64,000 nt of DNA from a virus (taxonomy: Duplodnaviria; Caudoviricetes): IMG/VR virus record IMGVR_UViG_3300028374_000002, positions 128,001-192,000 of that record; one strand, given 5' to 3'. Below are positions 8,638-19,156 of the stretch, one piece after another. The position numbers and the translations under genes were made by a program. The notes under the pieces are model-generated. The model saw only the letters and a program-made list of their open reading frames with translations, did no database searches and was not told the DNA's origin. The stretch's first letter is position 1. Each line of letters begins with the position of its first letter.

Positions 8638-10533
8638 TCAAGAACGTTTCCAAACCCACCTTTTTAAACAACAACCCCACACTCTATAATTACCCATATC
8701 GTGCATAATACTTACTTCAGTTTTGTTTGAATCACCTCCCATTTTTATAAGTTTCTTTTTATTAAATGAGAATCTATGTCTTCTAATACCACCAACATTC
8801 CACCAGTAGTTAATTGGTGTCTCTCCATTTAATTCAAAGTTTAAAGAAGTATATAAACCACCATTAAACACAGAACTTTCAGAAAATGAATATATTTCAT
8901 CTACATCATAAGTTTTAATATATTTTTTAAATAGCTTAGATGCAGAACCAACCACAACAAGGTTAATCTTGTTACAAAACCTTACCAACTCTATTCTTTT
9001 CTTGTTATTATGAAATGCAATAACCGATACTAATTCATTGTCATAAAACAATCCTATTGCGGTTGACCAATTAGTTTTACCCTGTAAATGGTTGTTATCA
9101 AGGAAATTATTTACTAACTTTTTATCACTTATTATTAACATATCACACTTTCTAGCGAATACTTTATCTGTTATTAAACCTAATCGGTTCTTAACAACTG
9201 ATTTTATAATATCATTTTTGTATAACCAATCATCTTCCCATATATTTATAAGGTCATAATTATTAGATAAGCATCTATTCATTTTCTCATAATGGTAGTA
9301 CTTGTCCTTATTAAGTTCAGAATGCCAATATAAACCATTATACTCTATTGCTATCTTTTTTTCCTTTATTAAAAAGTCAATTTCGTAAGGACTAATCAAA
9401 GTCCTATCACTATGTATAGCATTTTGGTCTAATTCTTTTAAAAAATCTAATATATTAGATTCTTGACTAGATTTCCCAGAGTTTATTGGATTACACACAG
9501 TACAAGTTTCTATACTAGCATCTATTCTTCTTTGTAATGTTGTTGGATGTATCTCAAATTGATGACCACAACTATTATTTTTACTTAATAAAACAAATCC
9601 TTCTCTACTTGAATTAGAAATGAACGTAAATCCTTTATCATTATAGAACTTTATTCTATTTTTAAGTATCACGTTCTTATATCTATCTGATTTTAAGTAA
9701 GTCTTATATTCATCACTTTTTGTATAATGATCAACACCAAACTTATCCAAAAAATGTTTCTTAGACTTCTCTTTGAATTCGATAGTTTTAAAGTAATTAT
9801 CAACACCATACTTTTCCATATTTGAATCCTCTATCTTATCTCTTATCTTGATACTTTTTAAGGGATGTGCAACACCATATCTTTCAAAAGATATGTTCTT
9901 ATAACTTATCCAAAAATCTTGTGTTTTAGAAATATGATTAACACCATACTTTTCTATATTAGTCTGGCTTATTTTATTCTGAACCTCCTTTGATTTAGAT
10001 GGATGGTCAACACCATACTTCTCTAAGGAAAACTCTTTAGTCTTTTCTTTAAATTCATCTGTTTTGAAATAATGGTCAACACCATACTTTTCCTCGATAG
10101 TTGTTTTCCACCTTTCTCTAACTTCCTCATTTTGAAATGATGACTTATGACCCCACCTCTCAATATTTGTTTGTTCTTGCTTCTTTTTAATATCTTGTGA
10201 TTTAGCTATGTTATCAACACCATACTTTTCTAAAACAGTTTTTTTCCTTTTCTCCTTGGTCTTGTTACTGCTCTGTGCACACTTAGTACTACAATACGTC
10301 TTATATCCCTCTGTCCACTTTTTATTAAAGCTAACTCTGTTTATGCAAGAACTACACAGTACATAAGATGTTTTTTTATTTACAAAACACCAAAGACGTT
10401 CTTTAAACGATAATTCTAAATCTATTGTATATTCAACTATTTTATCATATATATCACCATGGTTATTTATGAAATATGATTCCCTTAACCTACTTGGTTT
10501 ATTATCTATTATCTTTATTATTTTATCCTTCAT
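8638..10533 (-). CDS. Hef-like homing endonuclease (KYGVxN repeats + PD-(D/E)xK domain)
   Basis: Tandem EKYGVD repeats, Zn-ribbon, IDFLI..IAIEYNGLYWHS, IWEDDW, ARKC, HLQG, ELVRFC. Confidence 0.75.
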   Translation of the reverse strand: MKDKIIKIIDNKPSRLRESYFINNHGDIYDKIVEYTIDLELSFKERLWCFVNKKTSYVLCSSCINRVSFNKKWTEGYKTYCSTKCAQSSNKTKEKRKKTVLEKYGVDNIAKSQDIKKKQEQTNIERWGHKSSFQNEEVRERWKTTIEEKYGVDHYFKTDEFKEKTKEFSLEKYGVDHPSKSKEVQNKISQTNIEKYGVNHISKTQDFWISYKNISFERYGVAHPLKSIKIRDKIEDSNMEKYGVDNYFKTIEFKEKSKKHFLDKFGVDHYTKSDEYKTYLKSDRYKNVILKNRIKFYNDKGFTFISNSSREGFVLLSKNNSCGHQFEIHPTTLQRRIDASIETCTVCNPINSGKSSQESNILDFLKELDQNAIHSDRTLISPYEIDFLIKEKKIAIEYNGLYWHSELNKDKYYHYEKMNRCLSNNYDLINIWEDDWLYKNDIIKSVVKNRLGLITDKVFARKCDMLIISDKKLVNNFLDNNHLQGKTNWSTAIGLFYDNELVSVIAFHNNKKRIELVRFCNKINLVVVGSASKLFKKYIKTYDVDEIYSFSESSVFNGGLYTSLNFELNGETPINYWWNVGGIRRHRFSFNKKKLIKMGGDSNKTEVSIMHDMGNYRVWGCCLKRWVWKRS

Positions 10534-10539
10534 AATTTA

Positions 10540-11400
10540 TTAATTTGTGAAATGTGAAGATAAATACTCAAACACATCTAAATCATAAGGTATCCTTACT
10601 AACTCAAACCCATTATCTATACACCATCTATTTTTTAAACCATCATATTCGACTAGCTTTTTATAATATTCTTCCCCACCGAATATATCAACTGGTTTAA
10701 AATGTTGTATTCCATCATACTCTATAAATGTCCTTATACCCTCTATGTAAAAATCAAACCTTAACTTCTTATCTTCTATCTTAACAACATATTCTTTTTC
10801 ATATTTGATTTCAACTAAGTCTAGAAATTCTATTATTTCCCTCTCGCCCTTTGATTTAGAACACACAGGACAGTTTGTGTTCATATGTAGGATATAATTA
10901 GGTTTAGTATCAAATTCTGTATTGCAATCAGTACAGAGGTGTTTATGCCTATGGTGCGATCCTTTATATTCTGTTGATAATAGCTTTATATTATTAGGCA
11001 GTATTGACTTGTATTTATCTATAGAGAATATCTTACCAGAACATGACGGACATCCATTTGTAGAACTTAATATAGATTTAGGACTTGTTATAAATTCCAT
11101 ATCACATGTTTTACACTTATGTAAAGTCTTTTCTCTCATACTTATATAATTACCTAAAAGTTCTATATCCTTAGTTCTTAAAGATTCCTCATATTTAATT
11201 TTCCTATCTGTACAATTACATTTTATTTTACTAATTTCTTTGGGCTTTTTCTTATATATTCTATTGCATTTAGTACATGAGAATTTAATAGCAGTCTTTG
11301 AATCTATATAGTCTGACTCCCTTTTAATATTAGGATAATTATTTAATAGCCTAGTATCAAGTTGTTCGTTTGTTATTTTCTTACCAGATTTTGACCACAT
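10540..11400 (-). CDS. Zn-ribbon + Vsr/EDxHD-like free-standing endonuclease
   Basis: Repeated CxxC modules, SKGE, LRFDFY, IEYDGIQHF, KNRWC...LVRIPY. Confidence 0.75.
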   Translation of the reverse strand: MWSKSGKKITNEQLDTRLLNNYPNIKRESDYIDSKTAIKFSCTKCNRIYKKKPKEISKIKCNCTDRKIKYEESLRTKDIELLGNYISMREKTLHKCKTCDMEFITSPKSILSSTNGCPSCSGKIFSIDKYKSILPNNIKLLSTEYKGSHHRHKHLCTDCNTEFDTKPNYILHMNTNCPVCSKSKGEREIIEFLDLVEIKYEKEYVVKIEDKKLRFDFYIEGIRTFIEYDGIQHFKPVDIFGGEEYYKKLVEYDGLKNRWCIDNGFELVRIPYDLDVFEYLSSHFTN

Positions 11401-11463
11401 AATTTATATATTAAATAGGATTCTTTACTGTATTATAGCACAATAGTACGCAAAGTTTTTAAC

Positions 11464-11498
11464 AAAAAAAAGAGGAACAAATTAATTGTTCCTCTTTT
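11464..11498 (-). terminator. Terminator after the major capsid gene
   Basis: AAAAGAGGAACAA-ATTAA-TTGTTCCTCTTTT. Confidence 0.75.
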
Positions 11499-11518
11499 CC
11501 TATTTATATTCTTATGAA

Positions 11519-13222
11519 TTAGTTTAATAATCCATTCTCGTCTGTAATTCTCAAAGTCATAAATTGCTTTTGTGGGAACCAGCCTACTTCAGCTACTGCG
11601 TATCTTGAACGTAATAACATTCTAGGTGCAAAGGTAGCTTCCGAGATAACACTAATTGATTGTGCCATTAAGTAAGGTACAAATATGATACCTGGTTGGT
11701 CAGGATTGTTCTTTCTACCTAGAGCAATTCTGTTGTCGTTATACTTCATATATGGATCAACATATATTGATATATCCCCGATAGAACCTACTGGGTAAAG
11801 TTGTCCAGCTCCGTTTAGTTTAGATTTTACTGGGTTAAGAGTATAACCTGAAACATCCGATAAAGCTGCTGCTAAACCACCGTTAGTAACTAAATACTGT
11901 GCTGGTCCAACACGTCCTTCTGTTGCAATGTAGTTAGATGCATGCATTATCTTTGTGATAAGCTTTCTTTGCACAGCGTGAGTTGTCTCACCACCTACGT
12001 TAGCACCTGCATAGTTCGTGTTTAAATCGAACAAAGGCACTCCTGTACCTCCTCCTGGTGGTGTTCTTAATGGTGCAGACTCTCTGTTAAGTTCTCCCAT
12101 TTCAAATACTTTAGCAACAATTTGCTTAGATATTGTTTGAGAAAGTTCATTAACAAGAATGCTTTCCATTTTTTGAACGATATCCATACCAGTGTTGGCT
12201 TTGATATCTTCAATTTCAGTTCTTCTAAGTGCTGATGTTATCTCGATAGTACCAACGGCAATTGTTTTAGAAGAAATTTTCGGCCCAATGATACCTGCGT
12301 ATCTCTTGTCATCTTGCTCTCTATCCATTGGATAGTTTCCAGAAAAACCATTTTCACTTGTATTCCAGTTTGCAGAAAAACCTGGTAATTGGTCTTCAAG
12401 TGCAGAAATAAGTTCAACTTTTGCACCAGATACTGTTACACCAGCAACATTAACTAATTGATCAGTCATTGCAGTTGTTGAATCAAAAGTGTTTCTTGTT
12501 TGGTCAAATGCCCATGTAGTTCCAGCAGTTCCAACAGCACCATGAGATGTGTTAAATTGTCTGTAAGCTCTAAACATTGGGAATCCATCAATACGTGAAA
12601 ATCCTAAAAATTCTACTTGTCCTGTTTTATCAGATGCTTCTGTTGTAGTGATACCAGTATCTGGAGCGGTTTGTGCTGCGATATCATTGAAAAGCGTTCC
12701 GTTTTGTAAACCACCTTGTGATTCTACAATACCAGCAGTATTTAGTTGCTCCTTAAGTGCAGCTCTAACATCTGCGATATTATCAGCATTAAGTTTAAAA
12801 ACTTGTGGTCTTTCGTCAGAAGCACCTAAATGTGCATCATCATATCTAAAATCTACGTAAAGTAAATCGATTTTTGGTCCAGGAGAAGGCTTTACTGCAA
12901 CAAGGTCTAAACCTATTGTTTGTGCAGCAATCTTCATAGCTACTGGAAGTAAGTTTTGGCCTACATCTCCAGATCCCTGTGATCCACCGTTTTGTCCAAA
13001 AGCATTACCGATTGTTGAACCAGATAATGTTGATGGCTGTGCAGCTACAACACCTCCCATACCTGATACGTTAGATGCGTTTGCGTAAGCGTTTTCATTA
13101 ATTGAGTGGAATTCTGCGTACTCGCTCATCCAGTCAATTCTGTCGCCAGAAACACCCATGTTCTCTAGAACTGGTGTCCACTTCTTCTTGGCTTTTTGAT
13201 TGTCTATTCTAATGTGTGACAT
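11519..13222 (-). CDS. gp23: Major capsid protein (T4 gp23-like)
   Basis: KKWTPVLE, LLPVAMKIAAQTIGLDLVAVKP, IFVPYL, PRMLLRSRYAV; lies after the protease/scaffold gene. Confidence 0.9.
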   Translation of the reverse strand: MSHIRIDNQKAKKKWTPVLENMGVSGDRIDWMSEYAEFHSINENAYANASNVSGMGGVVAAQPSTLSGSTIGNAFGQNGGSQGSGDVGQNLLPVAMKIAAQTIGLDLVAVKPSPGPKIDLLYVDFRYDDAHLGASDERPQVFKLNADNIADVRAALKEQLNTAGIVESQGGLQNGTLFNDIAAQTAPDTGITTTEASDKTGQVEFLGFSRIDGFPMFRAYRQFNTSHGAVGTAGTTWAFDQTRNTFDSTTAMTDQLVNVAGVTVSGAKVELISALEDQLPGFSANWNTSENGFSGNYPMDREQDDKRYAGIIGPKISSKTIAVGTIEITSALRRTEIEDIKANTGMDIVQKMESILVNELSQTISKQIVAKVFEMGELNRESAPLRTPPGGGTGVPLFDLNTNYAGANVGGETTHAVQRKLITKIMHASNYIATEGRVGPAQYLVTNGGLAAALSDVSGYTLNPVKSKLNGAGQLYPVGSIGDISIYVDPYMKYNDNRIALGRKNNPDQPGIIFVPYLMAQSISVISEATFAPRMLLRSRYAVAEVGWFPQKQFMTLRITDENGLLN

Positions 13223-13302
13223 AATTTTTGTTTTATTTTTTTTAAATTTGATATAATCTATATATAAACCCTTTTTTTACCTTTTTTTGAAAGGTGGATT
13301 TT

Positions 13303-15441
13303 TTATAGACTTTTGAACCTTTCTAATATTGCATTAGTTTCATCATCAGATAAATTATCCTCTTGGATTAGTTTATCATGTGAAATTAATTTCTTACTAG
13401 TCGCTTCGTTTTTCTTGATATTTCTAGTATCCCAGAAATGCTCAACTTGACTTTCGGTTATCATGTTATCTTCTGGATAAAGTCTAGCTTGTGAAAGCAC
13501 TGACTTTTTAGAAGTCCCATCTAACTGCTCCCAGACTGGCTTGATACTATCAGGCATTAGTCTGACAACTCTGTCTTCTAGAGTTTCGTTCTTTGTTGAT
13601 AAAGATTCGCTTATTAAACTTAGAACGTCTTTCTGTGTGAAATAACTACTTTCGTTTATATGTAGTTTAACGTTGTCTTGTTCTTCGTTAGTTAAAGCGT
13701 AATAACTATCTATTTGTGATTTGTTTAAGAACTTTAAAAAATTCAAATCACTCGTCTCAGAAACTTTTCGTTTTTTAGCCTCTTCGATTAATTTATCAAT
13801 AGATTCTGATAAGTCTGAATCACTTAATTCTGATTCTTCCATTTCACAATCTTCATCTTCTTTTTCTTCGTGTGCATGAGCAACTTCTGCCATTGTCTTA
13901 GCAATACCAGTTTGCTTTCTAGTACCTTCTTCATCGTGCATATCTTCTTCATCATGCATATCTTCATCATGCTTACCTTCTTCATCGTGCATACCTTCTT
14001 CATCGTGCATACCTTCTTGAACACCAAATCCAACAGACTCTAGTGTTGGGAATTGCTCTCCTTTAGATTCAAATAATTTACCACCATTAAGTTTTTCTAC
14101 TATCATTCCTTGGTAGTCAACAGACTTGTCAAGGCTTTCAGCGATATACTCTGAATATGCAATGTTGTCATCTAGATTCTCTGCAATGTATTCTGAATAA
14201 GCAATATTACCATCAAGGTGTTCTGCTAGGTACTCTGAATAGTTAATAGAGTTATCTACATTTTCAGCAATGTATTCACTATAAGAAATGTTCTTACTTA
14301 CGTTTTCAGCGATGTATTCTGAATAATTAATGTTCTTATCTAGATTTTCAGCGATGTATTCTGAATAGTTAATGTTCTTATCTAGATTTTCAGCAATGTA
14401 TTCTGAATATCCAATGTTCTTATCTAGATTTTCTGCAACATATTCACTATAAGCAATGTTCTTGTCTAAATTTTCAGCAATGTATTCTGAATAGTTAATG
14501 TTCTTATCTAAGTTTTCAGCAACATATTCAGAATAGCTAATAGCTTTTTCTAAATTCTCTGCTAAATAGTCGTTATGCTTAGCTAGTTTACCAGTTGTCT
14601 CCTTTAATGATTTATTTTCATTAACCATTACTTGTACTTTCTCTGATAAATAATCTAAGTATCCTATTACTTTTTCGTTAGTAGTATTAAGTTCTTCGTA
14701 ATACTCTAATAATTGTTCTAGTTTCTTAGGGTTCATACTTCCCTTAGTTACTGCTCCCTTAACTTCCTTTTTAGTTTCGTTAAGCTCTTTAACTAAATAC
14801 TGTGAGTAATCAGTTAATTGTTTCTTTGTTACAAATTCATTTTTGTTCATGTTGAATAATTCGTTTATTTTTGATTCATCGGACATTTCATATATCCTAA
14901 AGTTAGATTTGGCATCGTTGTAGCCTAATGATTCATTAAGTACGGTAACATTCATTTTAGCGGATGCAAATCCAGGATCTGCTACAATGTCGTAAGTGAA
15001 TAGTTTTTTAAGTGATACAGAACCGTCAGATTCAGTAACACCCGCTGCTCTTGATGATACAAAAACAGGACAACCATCATTTACTAATGATTTTGCTTCT
15101 TTTCCCCAATAGGTACTTAAAAGCATAATCTCACCCTCTACTGAGTTCTTTTCTTGTACATAATCTGCCTTTCTAATTATGTGCGAAGCTCTTGATAAAG
15201 AAGTATCGAATACGTCTGGGTGATCAAACTCACCATAAACAACTCCTAGACTATTCATTCTTTCATTAAGTTCGCCCAAAGCTGGGAGAAACTTATCTGC
15301 TGAATAAACTCTATCGTTTCGATTTTTTACCCCGAATTCAGTGAAAGTCCCATTCATAACATATTCACCCTTCTTAGCAGAACCGTTAGATTCTTTAATC
15401 AAGGAGTTTGTCGAATTTTCTACTATTAATACTGGTTTCAT
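13303..15441 (-). CDS. gp21: Prohead protease (gp21-like) fused to a scaffold/core-like domain
   Basis: N-terminal KNRNDRVY, YGEFDHP, VSSRAAG, TYDIVADPG, followed by a long coiled-coil, repeat and acidic region. Confidence 0.85.
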   Translation of the reverse strand: MKPVLIVENSTNSLIKESNGSAKKGEYVMNGTFTEFGVKNRNDRVYSADKFLPALGELNERMNSLGVVYGEFDHPDVFDTSLSRASHIIRKADYVQEKNSVEGEIMLLSTYWGKEAKSLVNDGCPVFVSSRAAGVTESDGSVSLKKLFTYDIVADPGFASAKMNVTVLNESLGYNDAKSNFRIYEMSDESKINELFNMNKNEFVTKKQLTDYSQYLVKELNETKKEVKGAVTKGSMNPKKLEQLLEYYEELNTTNEKVIGYLDYLSEKVQVMVNENKSLKETTGKLAKHNDYLAENLEKAISYSEYVAENLDKNINYSEYIAENLDKNIAYSEYVAENLDKNIGYSEYIAENLDKNINYSEYIAENLDKNINYSEYIAENVSKNISYSEYIAENVDNSINYSEYLAEHLDGNIAYSEYIAENLDDNIAYSEYIAESLDKSVDYQGMIVEKLNGGKLFESKGEQFPTLESVGFGVQEGMHDEEGMHDEEGKHDEDMHDEEDMHDEEGTRKQTGIAKTMAEVAHAHEEKEDEDCEMEESELSDSDLSESIDKLIEEAKKRKVSETSDLNFLKFLNKSQIDSYYALTNEEQDNVKLHINESSYFTQKDVLSLISESLSTKNETLEDRVVRLMPDSIKPVWEQLDGTSKKSVLSQARLYPEDNMITESQVEHFWDTRNIKKNEATSKKLISHDKLIQEDNLSDDETNAILERFKSL
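14113..14568 (-). repeat. About 11 tandem 42-bp (14-aa) repeats, YSEY(I/V/L)AENLDKNI(N/A/S)
   Basis: Visible directly in both protein and DNA. Confidence 0.95.
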
Positions 15442-15591
15442 TTATTAGATTTTATTTTTTCCTATATCGTATATATAATGAGTTATTTCTCCTTAAATAA
15501 AAAGGTGGATTTTTTATACGATTGTCGGATTTTTTAGTTAATTTTGAGAACTTTCACCGAATTTAATATATATACTAAAATAGTTACCCAT

Positions 15592-17142
15592 ATGAAATTC
15601 AAGACAACAAGAGGACTTACTATAGAAAAGCTAAAAAGTGAGTTCCCATCATACTATAATAAAATGGTTAACTTCTTAATAGAAGATGATGACATAACAC
15701 TATCTGAAAAAATATGGTTGTTTCAAAATGAATTAAAACAAAAACCAAAATGTCTGAACTGTAATAGTAAGGTAAGTTTCACTAAATTTTATAAAGGTTA
15801 CAGAACATATTGTAGTAGAAGTTGTGCTACCAAGTATAGCCATGGATTTAAAGAGGTAAAGGATAAGAGAGTTAAGAAAATGATAGAATGTAACAACAAT
15901 CCAAAGACTAGGAAGAAAATGACCGAAAGTGCTAACATAACAAAGTCTAATTTTTCTGATACTAAAAAAAGAGAAATAAACAATAAGAGGTCAAAGACAG
16001 TAAATGATAAATGGGGTGTTAAAAACATATCAAATGCAGAAAGTATTAAACAGAAAATAAGTACTAGACTACAAGAGGTACTACCTGGTATTAGGCTTGA
16101 AAAGACTAAAGATAGAATTACAAGTGCTGGGTTTTCTGTAATAGATATAGACAATGGTAATTTTAAATTATTATGCAGTAAATGTAAAAAAGAGTTTAAT
16201 ATTTCTAGTAAACTATTTAACCAAAGAAATAGATTTGATATTGAGCCTTGTCTAAATTGTAACCCCAATAACAATGATTCTTTTTTTGAAAGCAGTATAT
16301 GTGATTTTATCAAAGAAAATTATGACGGTGAGGTAAAAGATAAATGTAGAGATTTTAAAAAATATGAAATAGATGTGTATTTACCAGAGTTATCAATAGG
16401 TTTTGAATGCAACGGTCTTTGGTGGCATTCTGAGAGGTATAAGGAAAATAGTTATCATAAATCTAAAAACGATTTCTTCAAAGAGAAAGGGATACAAATA
16501 ATACACATTTGGGAAGATGATTGGAAATTTAAAAAAGAAATAATTAAAAGTAGAGTACTTAACATAGTTAGCAAAACTAATGAAAGGATATGGGGCAGAA
16601 AATGTGAGATAAGAGAAGTTAATAGTAATGTGTATAGAAAATTTGTAGATAAAAATCATTTACAAGGCCATGCACCAGCCAAATATAAGCTAGGTCTATA
16701 TTATAATGACAATCTAGTATCTGTTATGTCATTTTCTAAGTTAAGGAGGAATTTAGGTTATAAGACAAATCCAGATAATCATTACGAATTACTAAGGTTT
16801 TGTAGTAGTAAAAACACCACTATTGTTGGTGGATCATCTAAATTATTGAAATATTTTATAAGGGAATATAAACCTACTAAAATAATTTCTTATGCTAGTA
16901 AAGATTGGTCAGTTGGTAATTTATATAATAAACTAGGATTTATTGAAATAAAAGAAACTGTTCCTAATTATTTTTATTTCCACAAAGATGAAGGTCTTAG
17001 AATAAATAGATTTAACTTTAGGAAAGATGTATTAGTTAAAGAAGGATATGACAAAGATAAATCAGAACACCAAATAATGAATGATAGGAAGTATTATAGA
17101 GTTTATGACACTGGGTCATTATTGTTTGAAATGAATATATAA
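15592..17142 (+). CDS. Hef-like homing endonuclease (start likely MKFKTT at 15592)
   Basis: IDVYLPELSIGFECNGLWWHSE, HIWEDDW, GRKC, HLQG, YELLRFC; TAATATATA at 15564-15572. Confidence 0.75.
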   Translation: MKFKTTRGLTIEKLKSEFPSYYNKMVNFLIEDDDITLSEKIWLFQNELKQKPKCLNCNSKVSFTKFYKGYRTYCSRSCATKYSHGFKEVKDKRVKKMIECNNNPKTRKKMTESANITKSNFSDTKKREINNKRSKTVNDKWGVKNISNAESIKQKISTRLQEVLPGIRLEKTKDRITSAGFSVIDIDNGNFKLLCSKCKKEFNISSKLFNQRNRFDIEPCLNCNPNNNDSFFESSICDFIKENYDGEVKDKCRDFKKYEIDVYLPELSIGFECNGLWWHSERYKENSYHKSKNDFFKEKGIQIIHIWEDDWKFKKEIIKSRVLNIVSKTNERIWGRKCEIREVNSNVYRKFVDKNHLQGHAPAKYKLGLYYNDNLVSVMSFSKLRRNLGYKTNPDNHYELLRFCSSKNTTIVGGSSKLLKYFIREYKPTKIISYASKDWSVGNLYNKLGFIEIKETVPNYFYFHKDEGLRINRFNFRKDVLVKEGYDKDKSEHQIMNDRKYYRVYDTGSLLFEMNI

Positions 17143-17145
17143 GTT

Positions 17146-18759
17146 ATGATAAAAGAAGATATTTCTAATTTAGGAAAGTATAGCAAGGCTAAAATAACTG
17201 CCATATGTGATAATTGTCTTAATGAAAAGAAAACAACAATGAAATTATATACATCATATGGATATAAAGCAGGTGTGTACTTATGTAGGAGTTGTAAGAT
17301 GAAGAAGAATAATCTAGAAAAATATGGAGTTGATAATGTGTTTAAACTAGACAGTGTTAAAGATAAAATAAAAAGTAGCAACCAAGAAAAATACGGTGTT
17401 GATAATGTATCACAGTCTGATATTATTAAAGATAAAATAAGAGTTAGTAATTTAGAAAAGTATGGAGTGGAACACCATATGAAGAATAATAATGTTTTAC
17501 AGAAACAGAAAGATAGCAATTTAAAAAAATATGGTGTAGAGAATATTTCTTCACTAGATAGTGTTAAAGAAAAAAAGATATCTACATGTCTTAAAAATAA
17601 TGATGTTGAATTTATATTCCTAGACAAAGTCTTTATAGAAAACAGAAGAAACAACAATTTAGAAAAATATGGCGTAGAGAGTGTTCTTAGTTCAAAAGAA
17701 ATAAGAGACAAAATAAAAAATACTAATTTAAAAAGGTATGGCGTAAGAAATCCCTCTATGAATAAAGACATTTCTAATAAAATAAAAAGCAGTGTATTAA
17801 GAACCAAACATAAACAAATATTAGACAGAGGTGATATTTTATCTATTGATAGTGATAATAGAATGTTCGAAGCTTTTTGTAATAGTTGTAATAATAAATT
17901 TGATATAAGCTATTTTCTATACTACAAGCGAAGAGAAACTAATACAGAGATATGTACTATATGCAATGAGATAGATAAGCACCAATCTGGGGAAGAAATA
18001 AAAGTATTTAATTTTATAAATGATAATTATAGTGGTGTTATAATACAAAACCATAGAATATTAAACAAAGAATTGGATATATATTTACCAGAATTAAATA
18101 TTGCTTTTGAAGTGAATGGACTATATTGGCATTCTGAAATATTCAAAAGCAAAAATTATCACAAGGATAAGTATGACATGTGCAAAAGTAATAATATACA
18201 ACTTATACATCTATGGGAAGATAATTTGGACTATAATTTCGAAATTATAAAATCAATGATATTGAACAAGATTAATATGTCAATTTATAAAATATGGGCA
18301 AGGAAATGTATTATTAAAGAAGTATGTGATAATAATGTTATCAAGGAGTTTTTAAATAAGAACCATATACAAGGATATGCTTCTTCGTCTGTGAAGGTTG
18401 GACTATACCATAATGAAGAGTTGGTTAGCCTTATGACATTCAAAAAAAGTAAAGATAAATATGATTTAAATAGATTTTGTAATAAATTAAATACCAGTGT
18501 TGTAGGTGGTGCTTCAAGATTATTAAAGTATTTTAATAGGAATTATTCAAATAAAATATTTACTTTTTCTGATAATTCTTATAGCAATGGCGATTTATAT
18601 AAGACATTAGGATTTGATATAGAATACAATCTTAAACCAGACTATAAATATGTACAAAACAATATAAGGATTCATAAGTTTAACTTCAGAAATAAAGACA
18701 CCTCTGGATTATACAGAATCTATGATGCTGGTAAAGTTAAATATTACATGAGGGGATAA
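17146..18759 (+). CDS. Hef-like homing endonuclease
   Basis: Multiple NLEKYGVxN repeats; LDIYLPELNIAFEVNGLYWHSE; same C-terminal module as the other copies. Confidence 0.75.
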   Translation: MIKEDISNLGKYSKAKITAICDNCLNEKKTTMKLYTSYGYKAGVYLCRSCKMKKNNLEKYGVDNVFKLDSVKDKIKSSNQEKYGVDNVSQSDIIKDKIRVSNLEKYGVEHHMKNNNVLQKQKDSNLKKYGVENISSLDSVKEKKISTCLKNNDVEFIFLDKVFIENRRNNNLEKYGVESVLSSKEIRDKIKNTNLKRYGVRNPSMNKDISNKIKSSVLRTKHKQILDRGDILSIDSDNRMFEAFCNSCNNKFDISYFLYYKRRETNTEICTICNEIDKHQSGEEIKVFNFINDNYSGVIIQNHRILNKELDIYLPELNIAFEVNGLYWHSEIFKSKNYHKDKYDMCKSNNIQLIHLWEDNLDYNFEIIKSMILNKINMSIYKIWARKCIIKEVCDNNVIKEFLNKNHIQGYASSSVKVGLYHNEELVSLMTFKKSKDKYDLNRFCNKLNTSVVGGASRLLKYFNRNYSNKIFTFSDNSYSNGDLYKTLGFDIEYNLKPDYKYVQNNIRIHKFNFRNKDTSGLYRIYDAGKVKYYMRG

Positions 18760-18799
18760 GCCATTTATTTATAAATACATTAAAAATAAATGAGTTTTT

Positions 18800-19156
18800 A
18801 TGATATTAACTAGAGAGGTCTCTATCAAGATAAGTGAGTCTAACTTTCAATACTATGATAACTTAGGATATGATGTAACAATTGGTGAGTACTTATTAAT
18901 ACCAATAGATTTACTATCCAGGGGATCACATAGAGAGATAAAGTGTAAGTGTGATACTTGTGGTGTTGAGAAAGATGTGTTATTTAAAAACTATGTTAAA
19001 TATGGTAATAAATGGGGTGAATATTTTTGTAGAAAGTGTTCAGAATTTAAAAGAAAGAAAACGCTTAAAAGAAATTTTGGTGTAGATTATCCTATTCAAA
19101 ATGAAGATTTAAAAAAGAAAATAAAATCATCTAGTTCTTCTAAAGAAAAATCTTAA
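18800..19156 (+). pseudogene. Stand-alone or truncated N-terminal module of the Hef-like family
   Basis: Resembles the N-termini of 25251-27035 and 29396-31132 (YYxxLGY..LSRGSH..CxCDxC, FGVDYP) but has no nuclease domain; abuts the convergent LRR gene. Confidence 0.55.
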
